NCBI GenBank assembly: GCA_964016885.1
Contig: OZ024741.1
Span: 2,108,001-2,172,000, forward strand
Reading direction: 5' to 3'
Length of the DNA stretch: 64,000 nucleotides
DNA from: Eledone cirrhosa
Taxonomy: Eukaryota
A program made the position numbers and the translations under genes. The notes under the pieces were generated by a model, which saw nothing but the letters and a program-made list of their open reading frames with translations, was not told where the DNA came from and ran no database searches. Each line of letters starts with the position of its first letter. Positions within the stretch are counted from its first letter, which is position 1. Of the stretch, positions 11,476-21,558 are shown piece by piece.

Positions 11476-14447
11476 GAATACATAGACAGGGTCCCGGATA
11501 CTGGAAGCTGAACGTGTCGTTGCCGGCACGTAAAGCTTACAGTGAACGGATAAGTAAACTAGTCAAGCAACAGTTAACGGGAGCCATCGTCAACAATAGA
11601 TGGTGGTACTCTCTCAAGAAAGCAATTAGAATAGAATCGATAGGGTATAGCAGAGAGTTAGCCTTAGAGAAGAACAGAATCGAAAGAGAACTAGTAGCCA
11701 AGGTAGAGGAGGCACTTAGAAGTGGCAACGCGGCTAGAGTGTTAGCGTCGAGAACGGCACTGGACCAGTTCTTCGATGCGAAACACGAAGGCTGCGTGGT
11801 CAGAAGCAAAACACGTGCTCTAGGAAACGAAGGAGCGAAAGCTGTCAGCTGGGCCCGAGTGGCGGAGGCAAAAAGTGGCAACAAGTCCACGATTCGGTCT
11901 TTGAAAGACCAAAACGGACGCGTGCTACTTGACCCCAGGCAAATGTGCGCGGCCTTTCAGCGGCACTTTGCGCGACTGTTTGAGCAGAACGACGGTGAGC
12001 CGAACGGGGCAATGGACTTTAGTTCATACCTCGACGGCCTGCCGCGTCTCTCGAACACGGACGCCGAGTTCTGCGAAAGACCGATCACGGACACTGAGAT
12101 ACGGCACGCTCTGGGCCGCTGCGGGAAACGCAAGTCACCCGGTCTAGATGGTCTACCCTACGAATTTTACATAGGCATGCCGGACTTGTTCTCTAGCGTC
12201 CTCGAAGCCGTCTACTGCAATTGGCAGCAGAACGGGAGAATTCCCAGTTCTGCAGGCAAGGGCGTAGTAACGCTGATCAGGAAAGACGAGAACAAGGGGG
12301 ACGAAATTAACAACTTCAGGCCCATAACTCTGCTCAACACAGAGTTAAAGATTTTGGCCAAGGTGCTAGCGACGAGGTTGGCGCTTGTCGTCGAGAACCT
12401 GGTAGGGAAAGCGCAAACGTGTACAATCCCGACCAGGTCCATACACGACAACCTCCACCTCATGCGATACATCATAGAGAGGGTGGGTAGTAAACCCGGC
12501 TTCGGTGGGGCTCTGATCAACTTGGATCAGTCTAAGGCATTCGATAGGGTCGACCATCGATACTGTGAAGCGGTTCTCAAGGCGGCCGGTTTCGGTCCCG
12601 TGTTCAGAGGATGGATCGAGGCGATGCACACCAGCATCTGCTCGAGGGTCAAGGTGAACGGCTACCTATCGGAGCCGTTCGCAATCACGCGTTCCATTCG
12701 ACAGGGATGCCCTCTCTCCTCCATTCTGTATGTATTGACTCTAGAGCCACTACTGCGGAAATTGGAGCTGTTGCAGGGCATCCCCCTAGAACTGGGACTG
12801 CCCAAAGCGGCGTCGGCTTATGCCGACGACGTGACAGTAATGGTGTCGAGCACCTCGGAAATCGGGGTGATCGGCAACTTACTGAAAGAATACGAAACGC
12901 TGACGGGAGCAAAACTAAACCCAGACAAGCCTGTCGGTTTGCAACTCGGTACGTGGAGAGGCAAACCGATGACATCCGACAGCGTCGTTGGATGCTGGAC
13001 GGACGGACCGGTGAAATTGCTCGGGGTCTGGTTCGGTCCAGACCTCCAGGTGGAGAAAAACTGGAACGAGGTCACGGCCAAGGTGTTTGCACTCACTCAG
13101 AAGTGGGCAGAGTGCAAACTGTCCTTGAAAGGTCGAGCGGAGGTGGCGAACACTTTCATAGCGTCCGTCATCTACTACCGCTTGACTGTCGTGCCTTGTC
13201 CCCGTGAACACCTCGCCAAGATGGAACGCATGCTCTTCCAGTTTCTGTGGAAGAAGCAGGCTCCGCTGGTGAGGAGATCCGTCTGCTGTCAGCACCCTTC
13301 CAACGGAGGGCTGGGAATGCCGTGGCTGATTATGCGCAAACATGCGCTAAGGCTGCGGCATCTCCAGGTATTCCTCACCGACCCCCAACCGGTGTGGGCA
13401 CCGTTTGTGAGACAGGCTTTCCCACAGCTCGTCTCGCTAACGGAGCTGCAGTTCTGGGTGAAGAAAAGACCGAAAACGATGGGCGCCTGGCACATTGAAT
13501 GCGCTCAGGCGCTCACAGTCCTCTGGCAAGCGGGCGCAGCAATCAGTGGAGACTCCACTTCGACATTCTATAGAGGGATTGTACGTTACAAGGGCGACGA
13601 CGTGCTCGGAGAGACTCTGGGCGTCGAAGACGATGAGCTCACCAGTATGTTTGGTAGGACTTTCCGCCCGGGACCTATGGACAACTTCCAGAGGTCCCTG
13701 GCCTGGCAGTGCTACCGAGGAGCTCTACCGGTTCGTGACAAGATCTACAGGCACGGACGCCCTGGCAGGGATCCTTCCAAGAGGACGTGTCCAAGATGTG
13801 CGCAGGACATTGAAACAGTTCTGCACGCAATTGTACACTGCCCGGGCGCAAGCGACCTGTGGAACTATGCAGAACAACTGCTGTCGCGTATGGGACAAAT
13901 ACAGTTGACTTCCGAGTCCATAGTAAGGATCAAACCGCCAGACTCTTTCAAAAACGAAAGAGAGGCGGTTTTCCTCTGTACGGTGGCTATGGTGAAAGAA
14001 GTTATATGGTGGACGAGGTTGAGAGGACTGAGGACAGATGCCTTTCTCTCCGGACAACAATTGATTCCATTCTTTAAGTATCACTTTAGAAGGAGAATCA
14101 GGGTGGAGAGAGAGGCACTGCACCCCAGTAAATTTACTGAAAGGTGGGTGAATGAAGCGAAAATGGCCCGAGTGATTGGGCCTTCTCTGTTTATAAGCCT
14201 GTAGGTTGAGGAAGAGAGCAAAAGGAAGAAAGGAGCACTTGCACAACACGCTCCTTGAGTTGAGGGTTGTTCTATCGACGGGGTATTAAACAACCCATTT
14301 GTGGCGCCTCCCCCCTATTGGGGATTTCGATTGTTGAAATTGTTTGTTTGTTTTTATTTTTTTTTTTACACGACTGTATGTAAAATCCCCGGCATGTCTT
14401 TGTATTGTCCCCTTTCTTGTTGCGCCCTTGTGGCTAATAAAGAAATC
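11476..14447 (+). mobile_element. 5'-truncated Tx1-clade LINE with candidate target-site duplication
   Basis: Begins at the post-endonuclease motif GPGYWKLN and ends AATAAAGAAATC. CAATATTA occurs at both ends (11468-11475 and 14447-14454). Confidence 0.93.
11514..14204 (+). CDS. Tx1-type ORF2 remnant: uninterrupted 896-aa RT plus zinc finger, lacking the APE endonuclease
   Basis: Contains KSPGLDGLPYEFY, NFRPITLLNTELKILAK, LDQSKAFDRVDH, RQGCPLS, AYADDV, GGLGMP and CPRC..IETVLHAIVHCP. The start is a truncation point, not a true initiation codon. Confidence 0.9.
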   Translation: MSLPARKAYSERISKLVKQQLTGAIVNNRWWYSLKKAIRIESIGYSRELALEKNRIERELVAKVEEALRSGNAARVLASRTALDQFFDAKHEGCVVRSKTRALGNEGAKAVSWARVAEAKSGNKSTIRSLKDQNGRVLLDPRQMCAAFQRHFARLFEQNDGEPNGAMDFSSYLDGLPRLSNTDAEFCERPITDTEIRHALGRCGKRKSPGLDGLPYEFYIGMPDLFSSVLEAVYCNWQQNGRIPSSAGKGVVTLIRKDENKGDEINNFRPITLLNTELKILAKVLATRLALVVENLVGKAQTCTIPTRSIHDNLHLMRYIIERVGSKPGFGGALINLDQSKAFDRVDHRYCEAVLKAAGFGPVFRGWIEAMHTSICSRVKVNGYLSEPFAITRSIRQGCPLSSILYVLTLEPLLRKLELLQGIPLELGLPKAASAYADDVTVMVSSTSEIGVIGNLLKEYETLTGAKLNPDKPVGLQLGTWRGKPMTSDSVVGCWTDGPVKLLGVWFGPDLQVEKNWNEVTAKVFALTQKWAECKLSLKGRAEVANTFIASVIYYRLTVVPCPREHLAKMERMLFQFLWKKQAPLVRRSVCCQHPSNGGLGMPWLIMRKHALRLRHLQVFLTDPQPVWAPFVRQAFPQLVSLTELQFWVKKRPKTMGAWHIECAQALTVLWQAGAAISGDSTSTFYRGIVRYKGDDVLGETLGVEDDELTSMFGRTFRPGPMDNFQRSLAWQCYRGALPVRDKIYRHGRPGRDPSKRTCPRCAQDIETVLHAIVHCPGASDLWNYAEQLLSRMGQIQLTSESIVRIKPPDSFKNEREAVFLCTVAMVKEVIWWTRLRGLRTDAFLSGQQLIPFFKYHFRRRIRVEREALHPSKFTERWVNEAKMARVIGPSLFISL

Positions 14448-15404
14448 AATATTACATGAATATAATTAATGATATGGTTAAGGTGGCAGTGCTGGCAATG
14501 TGTCGTCTGTTTCATTGGTATTTGTGACGTACAGGAAGTAGAATAGGTATTTTATATATTTCTTTTATCAGAACTGTTAGAATGAGTTAGGAAGGACGAT
14601 GAACCATTACATTTTGGAGTTTGCTACCCAGACTGATGCGAAGGCTTATGATACCTGATCTAAGACATGTAGGCAGGAGAATGGGCAACCGGACCGCTTA
14701 TTAGAATGCTTGCAACAGAGTAAAGCCAGGTAAAGGAATGTAAAGATTAGGGGGTTTTCTTCTCATTTATTTCATCAGTCGTTTATAAATTTGAAATATA
14801 AAAAATGTGCATAAAAGAAAAAAAAATGTTACCTTATTTACAAAGAAGAGAATAAAAAAGTTCTTAGGAAATGAAGTGGTTCGTTATTGAGAATGAGGCT
14901 GGTGAGGCCCCCGAGAAAGATTATTGTAAAGACATACTCTTTTTATGATAGTAAAAAGAAGCACTTTATGGTAAATGGTCTTGTTAATAACATATTCTTT
15001 CCAATAGACAATCTACTTAATAAGATAAAATAACATTTCTCTCTCTTTTTCTCAACTATTGAAGCGCCTTTGAAACTCGACTTCTGTCTCTAAGGGACTG
15101 TTTTTCTTTCTTCTCTACTATCTCTATTTACTTATTAATTTCGTTAATTTTGTGACTTTAACTAATTTAATGAGACACGAAACATTTTATCTTTATGACT
15201 TGTGGCACCAATGAAAAATATTTGGAAAACTCTGCTCTAACACACTTTCCGGTCAAACACCCAAGCTGTTATTTAATCGATTTCTAGCGGAAAAAAGATA
15301 AAAACACTTAATATTTGAAACCAAAATAAGGAGATAACATTAGGAAAACAAATATCAGAACACGTTCATTGACAGCCAATGATTCTCTCTTGGTATAAGG
15401 TCGC

Positions 15405-15972
15405 AAGAGGGCGGTAGAATGTAGGAAGGACACAGAAGAGGGCGGTAGAGTGTGAGGAGGACACAGCGAGGGCGGTAGAGTGTCGGAAGAGGGCGGTAGA
15501 ATGTAGGAAGGACACAGAAGAGGGCGGTAGAGTGTCAGAAGGACACAGCGAGGGCGGTAGAGTGTCGGAAGAGGGCGGTAGAATGTAGGAAGGACACAGA
15601 AGAGGGCGGTAGAGTTTCAGGAGGACACAGACGAGGGCGGTAGAGTGTTGGAAGAGGGCGGTAGAATGTAGGAAGGACACAGAAGAGGGCGGTAGAGTGT
15701 CAGGAGGACACAGACGAGGGCGGTAGAATGTAGGAAGGACACAGAAGAGGGCGGTAGAGTGTCAGGAGCACACTGACGAGGGCGGTAGAGTGTCAGGAGG
15801 ACATATAATAGGGCGGTAGAGTGTCAGGAGGACACAGACGAGGGCGGTAGAGTGTCGGAAGAGGGCGGTAGAATGTCGGAAGGACACAGAAGAGGACGGT
15901 AGAATGTCGGAAGGACACAGAAGAGGGCGGTAGAATGTCGGAAGGACACAGAAGAGGGCGGTAGAGTGTCAG
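15405..15972 (+). repeat. ~31-bp minisatellite with 21-bp variants (GAGGGCGGTAGARTGT.GGAAGGACACAGA)
   Basis: About 19 GAGGGCGGTAGA-anchored units are visible, and the array runs into a degenerate SINE body. Confidence 0.9.
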
Positions 15973-15974
15973 AG

Positions 15975-16317
15975 TTCATACATCGTACCTGGCGCTGCTC
16001 CGGTTCTTTACAATCTCACTTTAAATCCCGTCCAGCTCAACTTTCATCCTTCAGAGGTAAAACAATTAAGTACCAGTCATATACTGGGTTTGATATAATC
16101 ATCTTTGCCTTTCCCCCTAAAATTACTGGAAGAATTTGTAGAGCGTCGGATGATATGCCATTGCGGTACTAGTTCTGGTTCTTTACAGTCTGAGTTCAAA
16201 TCCCGCCAATATCCATTTTACCTTTCATCCTTATGGGATCGATAAAATAAATACTAATCAATTGGGATTGATTTTTCCTCTACATCTCTTCTTCTTTATC
16301 ACACACACACACACATA

Positions 16318-16382
<65 letters not shown>

Positions 16383-16445
16383 TCCCGGGAAGACATCAGC
16401 TCTTTCCCCAACTTTGCTGGCCTTGTGCCTAAATTAGAAATTAAT
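15975..16445 (+). mobile_element. Two adjacent degenerate SINE copies, the second interrupted by (CA)n(CT)n
   Basis: B-box TGAGTTCAAATCCCGCC at about 16191, CCTTTCATCCTTATGGGATCGATAAAAT, and tail TTGCTGGCCTTGTGCCTAAATTAGAAA ending about 25 bp from the lin-28 donor. Confidence 0.7.
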
Positions 16446-16467
16446 ACAATGACAGGGAAATCCTTAC

Positions 16468-16640
16468 CTTATTTTCCGAAATTTCTTCCGTGAAACAGGT
16501 CGTCTGTCGCTCCCTCTACACTCCCTGCCATCAGGACCACATACAAATGTGGCTTCGATTCCTTTCTCAGATACTCTCCATTCAAATTCTACCCGTTCTC
16601 CATCTGCTAAGCTTCGGAATCCGGATTTGTGAATGACGGA
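16468..16640 (-). CDS. lin-28: Internal exon of a Lin-28 homolog (C-terminal half of the cold-shock domain plus basic linker)
   Basis: Translates to SVIHKSGFRSLADGERVEFEWRVSEKGIEATFVCGPDGRECRGSDRRPVSRKKFRKIR, which matches the Lin-28 CSD segment (GFRSL..GE.VEF...KG.E...V.GP.G..C.GS.RRP). Acceptor is ttttacttttgttttccag at 16641-16659 (phase 0) and donor is AG|GTAAGG at 16467 (phase 2). These boundaries match my recollection of vertebrate LIN28 exon 3. Confidence 0.93.
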
Positions 16641-16768
16641 CTGGAAAACAAAAGTAAAACATTCGATATTATTCAAACACAAATTTTTTTTAAATAATTG
16701 TTTCTACATTTGGCTCAAGGCCAGCAATTGTTGGTTTTGAGCCTAAATCAGAATCATTATTTTATATT

Positions 16769-16948
16769 TGGCAGTATCGGTAGAGGGTCGGACGCCATGC
16801 TTTCCAGCATAGTTACGTCCCTTTGCGGTCTGAGTTCAAATCCCGCCGAGGTTAACTTTGCCTTTCATCCTTACGGGGTCGATAAAATAAAGTACCAGTA
16901 ATGTACTGGATAATTGATGGCCTTGTGCCAATAGTAGAAACAATTATT
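16769..16948 (+). mobile_element. tRNA-derived SINE, near full length
   Basis: TGGCAGTATCGGTAGAG (A-box-like), GAGTTCAAATCC (B-box), central block and tail. Nearly identical to 52848-53031 (+) and 45991-46172 (-). Confidence 0.85.
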
Positions 16949-17454
16949 TTTTATACATATATACATTCACACATTTGATGGGGGCCAAAGGGGGTAATTG
17001 CCTCGAAACCCCTGCTGTGTGTGGGGGGGGGGGGGGGCACCAGCCGCGGCTGTAGCAATTTATTTGTGCCCTCAGCTGGGCTTGTTAGTTTTAGTATGGT
17101 TAGAATTTTTGAATTTAATACCTGTATGTATAACTTTTCAATTCCAATTACTTGCACCAAGCTAACTTTGATATGTAAAATTTGGGGTGGGGTATTGTAA
17201 GTTTTGTGTATGAGGTGGGGGTGGGGGCCCAAACCTGAAGCTTAGGGCCTTTTAGCCTTACATATATCAATGGTAACAATGTACTGTCATGATTAAAGAA
17301 CACACGTGTATATAAATGGAGTGGTGTGTATTTGAAGGATATTAGCCTCACACAGATATAGTCTTTGAAACAAAATCTAACAAATTCGGGAAATATTTAT
17401 ACCATTATTAATTTATACCAAAATGTTAATTCCATAATTCAAGTACTTTTATAA

Positions 17455-17930
17455 AAGTCAAACTCGCTATCTTCAATTCAGTATTCTTGCCAACCTTTAG
17501 CTACGGTCGTGAATCTTGGGTAATAACCGAAAGAATACGATCGTGAATACAAGTGGCCTTAAAGGGGTCCATCCGAAGAGTCTTTGGGGAAACGTTATTT
17601 GACAACGTGCGTAGCTGGGAGATGAGTGAGTCACTCTAGGTAGAGACGCTACTTCTTCGAATTGAGAGATCACAGCTCCGATACTATGGAGGACATGTAG
17701 TTAGAATGTCTCAGGAAAGAATCACTGAATAGATTTTACGAACAAAACACACTGGCGGGAGACCCCGGGGTAGACCCCGAGCAAGATGGTTGGATAACAT
17801 CCATGAGCTTGGCTGGTCTCATTTGGGGATCCAACTGGATCAGTTGGAGACAGTTACTTCTGACAGGACCCACTGGATGGAGAGTTTGAGGACTCTGACC
17901 CCACGACCCTCTCAAGAAGAAGAAGAATGA
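17455..17930 (+). mobile_element. RTE-clade LINE 3' fragment, decayed
   Basis: Translates to LAIFNSVFLPTFSYGRESW...LLRIERSQLRYYGGHVVRM...GGRPRGRPRARWLDNI, followed by a (GAA)/(GGA) tail. Confidence 0.85.
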
Positions 17931-18774
17931 GGAGGAGGAGGAGGGGGAGGGGGGAGGAGGAGGAGGAGGAGGAGGGGAGGAGGAGGAGGAGGAGAAGAGG
18001 AAGGAGGTAAGTAATGGTTACCTTATTTCTTAGGAAGACAATTAATTTATATTTTATCTTATCAACTATGTATAGATGAAATATAAATTCGTACCCAGCG
18101 GAATTTCCAGTCAGGACATAAAGAATGTAACTAGACACCCCCAGGCATTTATTTAATCTACCACCCTGCCCCATTCTATTATCCACCATCCCGATAATAA
18201 ATATAACAACAACAACAAAAACAAAAAAGGGGCTGTTCATAAAGAAAGGGGATATGTAGTGCATGGCAATTTTAGAGCGGAAATAAAAGGCATGGATGAA
18301 ATACTTGACCTTATTTCGTATCAATGTTAACCTTTCTGTCTAACTGAAGAAAAAAAAACTAGATAAATAGCTTATATTACAAGTGAGGGTTAGGGCAGGG
18401 CATGTTAGATTTGGTAGAGAAACGAACAAAATATTTTACAGTAGTATATTTAGGCAGGTCATTTTACGTTTAGAGTTCAAATCCCGTCCCAGGTTCAAAT
18501 TTGTCTTTGATCTCCCTAGGGGTCGATAAACTAACTCAAATGCTGAGCTTAGGTTTCTCCACCAAATTGTTTCTCCACTATTGTAATCTGAGGGGTCATG
18601 ATTAACTACCACATACGTATAATAGATTTAAACCAAGGACGAGGAAGGAATCAAGGCCGGTTAAGTAGGTGAGCCGGACTTAGAAAAGTAATGAATTTCT
18701 AATTCGGTTGTATTTTGATACTTTTGTTTCTCTCCTTTCCTTCCTTTTACACACATACATTGTGTGGCGGACGG

Positions 18775-19436
18775 ATGGGTAGAAGTCCCTCAAATTTATA
18801 TACATGTGAATGGAGTTCCACTGAAGCAGTTAGAGAAGTTCAAGTATCTCGGGGCCGTCTTCACGAGTGATGGAAGGCAGGAGTCTGAATTGCAAGAATT
18901 GCAAAAGCTCATTCAGTAATGCGCCAACTTCAGCATTCAGTAATCAGAAGAAGCGGGGTAGGTGTAAAAGCCAAACTCGCTATCTTCCTAGTATTCCTGC
19001 CAACCCTTACCTAGAGTCGTGGATCTTGAGTAATGACCGATATAATACAAGCGGCCGAAATAGGGTTCCTCCGAGGGGTCTTTGGAGTAACGTTACTCGA
19101 TAAAGTGCATAGCTCAGAGATCAGAGAGTCACTCCAGGTAGAGACGCTACTTCTCCGAATTGAGAGATCACAACTCCAATATTATGGGCATGTGGTTAGA
19201 ATGTCTCAGTAAAGAATCGCTGGACAGATTTTACAGGCAAAACCAACCGGCAAGAGACCAAGAGGTAGACCCTGAGCAAGATAGCTGGATAACATCCATG
19301 AGCTTGGCTGGTCACGCTTTGGGATCCAGCTGGATCAATTAGAGATGTTTGCGTCTGACAGACGCGCTGGAAGGAGTGTTTGAGAAGGACTCTTACCCCA
19401 CGACTCTCTCAGAAATAACTGGGCGAAGAAGAAGGA
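18775..19436 (+). mobile_element. RTE-clade LINE 3' fragment, second copy of the same family
   Basis: Translates to VNGVPLKQLEKFKYLGAVFTSDGR...LLRIERSQLQYYGHVVRM...GKRPRGRP. Aligns by eye with 17455-17930. Confidence 0.85.
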
Positions 19437-19574
19437 GATATTGTCAATTTACTTTTCAATTTACATATCATATCTATCTGCATATATACTTGTGTATAAT
19501 ACCAATATGCACACTACTTATGCTAGTGTTACTAATAAAGTGTTGCAGTTGATTGAATCAGCCACTCCCTCAAT

Positions 19575-19782
19575 CTCAGTTATAACTACTCCACTCTACT
19601 GAGCTCCACTCCACTCTACTCCACTCAGCACACCTCTCCACTTCACTCAGCACCACTCCACCCAAACCCACTCCACTCCATTCCACACCACTCAACTCCA
19701 CTCCACTCCACTCAGCACACCACTCCACTCAGCTCAACCCCACTCAGCACACCACTCCACTCCACCCCACCCTACTCCACAC
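19575..19782 (+). repeat. Degenerate (CCACT)n pentamer array
   Basis: Repeated ACTCC/ACTCA units. Confidence 0.8.
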
Positions 19783-20055
19783 TTTGAGACGGTCAAGTTT
19801 AAAACTCCGATTTCTGTAAGTAATCCCCAGAAAAAGGTAACAATACTCCTGACGAGTACTTGATAGATCAGAAACGATGTCAACATTATGTCGTAGGAAG
19901 TTTAGTTTAAATCAATTGTAGAAGACTTAGAAAATACGAGAAGGTTCTAATAAGAAAGATGAATCTAGAAAATAGGCATGTCTTCAACCACACACACACA
20001 CACACATATATATATGCATATTTGTATGTATGTATATATGCATGTATATACATAC

Positions 20056-20100
<45 letters not shown>

Positions 20101-20549
20101 ACATATTCCCCACTAGATATAGTTCCGCCAATAGTTTCCTTAATGGAAATACACTAATGGAAGTAGAGAGAAATATTTGAAGTCTGGGATAGAGAGAAAG
20201 AGAGTGAGTGAGAGGGTGAGAGAGAGTGAAAGAGAAAGCGAGAGAGTGAGAAAGAAAGGGGAAATATATTTTGCCTTCTTTTCAATTTTCACACACACAT
20301 ATATATATGTGTGTGTGTGAGTGTGTGTGTGTGTGTATGTCTGTGTGTGTGTATATATATATATATATGTGTGTGCGTGCGTGTGGTGTGTGTGTGTATG
20401 TATGTATGTATGTATGTATGTATGTATGTATGTATGTATGTATGTATGTATGTATGTGTGTGTGTGTGTGTGTGTGTGTCTGTGTATGTATGTGTGTGTG
20501 TGTGTATGACACTTCCAGAACTCACTTTCCGCAAATGTCTTATATGGAA

Positions 20550-21501
20550 CACGCAGTAAAGCCCGGCGTTGCTCGGGGTCGCTCAGTAGCTGTGTTAAAG
20601 TTACAATGTTAAGTTTCTTTCTTGGCTTAAAAACTGTAGTGTCTACTGTGCAGACTTGCATGTGGTGTTTTTGATTAATATTCCCTCAACCAACAATATG
20701 CCTTATGAAGTTAAGAAAACATAACGATAACCCGAATGTTATAACAAAAGAGGATGCTGGGGATAGAAACTGCACTGGTTATTTATTAACAAAGATCGAA
20801 AATGTAAACACTGCAACGCAGAGAAAAACATTAGCGTAACCAAATTATCAGTTATGTTTGTCTGCACGCCTATATCACCTCTCTGCACGACTGTCTGTCT
20901 GCACGCCTATATCACCTCTCTGCACGACTGTCTGTCTGCACGCCTATATCACCTCTCTGCACGACTATCTGTCTGCACGCGTATATCACCTCTCTGCACG
21001 ACTGTCTGTCTGCACGACTGTCTGTCTGCACGCCTAACGACGAAATATTTGCTTGTTTTACGTAATCTTTAAATAGACTTGTTTTCAAGTAAAAATATTG
21101 TTTTAAAATGCTTTTAAATGGAAATGAAGCAAAACGGAAGCTTAGTGTTCGAACTGATGAATTTTGCAGGTCAATATTTTGCTGGCTCGACAACTGTTCG
21201 TTCGTGTATTGTGTTAATGTCATTTTAAACGCTGAGAAAGCCAGCGTAATTTTTTACGTAAGACGCTCAATGTAAACAGAACAAAGGGAAATAACTGATA
21301 ACTTACGTTCAAAAATCGATACATTATATTCGATTTCGTCACATAGGGTGGGTCAATTTGAAATTTTTTTTTTCCGATGTCTTCGCTAGGGCTAAATGTA
21401 CAAGTAGAGCAATTTCGGTGCAATTCCGTGAGAGATTCTAAGAGGAGATGTGTGCCAAAAATCGATAGACAGACAGACAACCACAGTTTTATATATATAG
21501 A
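20550..21501 (-). mobile_element. Non-autonomous Helitron carrying an internal ~36-bp minisatellite
   Basis: Minus strand begins A|TCTATATATATAAAA and has the hairpin CCGAGCAACGCCGGG near the 3' end, with the CTAG decayed. Tandem TGTCTGCACGCCTATATCACCTCTCTGCACGACTGTC at 20858-21035. Confidence 0.7.
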
Positions 21502-21558
21502 TAAGTTACAATCTAACATTTTCAAACTGAATACACGTGTCTCACAATAGAACACCCC

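Noticed and set aside
14571-14736. Possible plus-strand exon (ttttatcag ... CAG|gtaaag)
   Set aside because: The frames I translated contain stops and no recognisable domain. It may be an old DNA-transposon remnant, but support is insufficient.
19843-19901. Hammerhead CTGACGA...GAAACGAT...GTCGTA on the plus strand
   Set aside because: Stem III is plausible, but the stem II closing pair and stem I are broken. At most it is a decayed copy.
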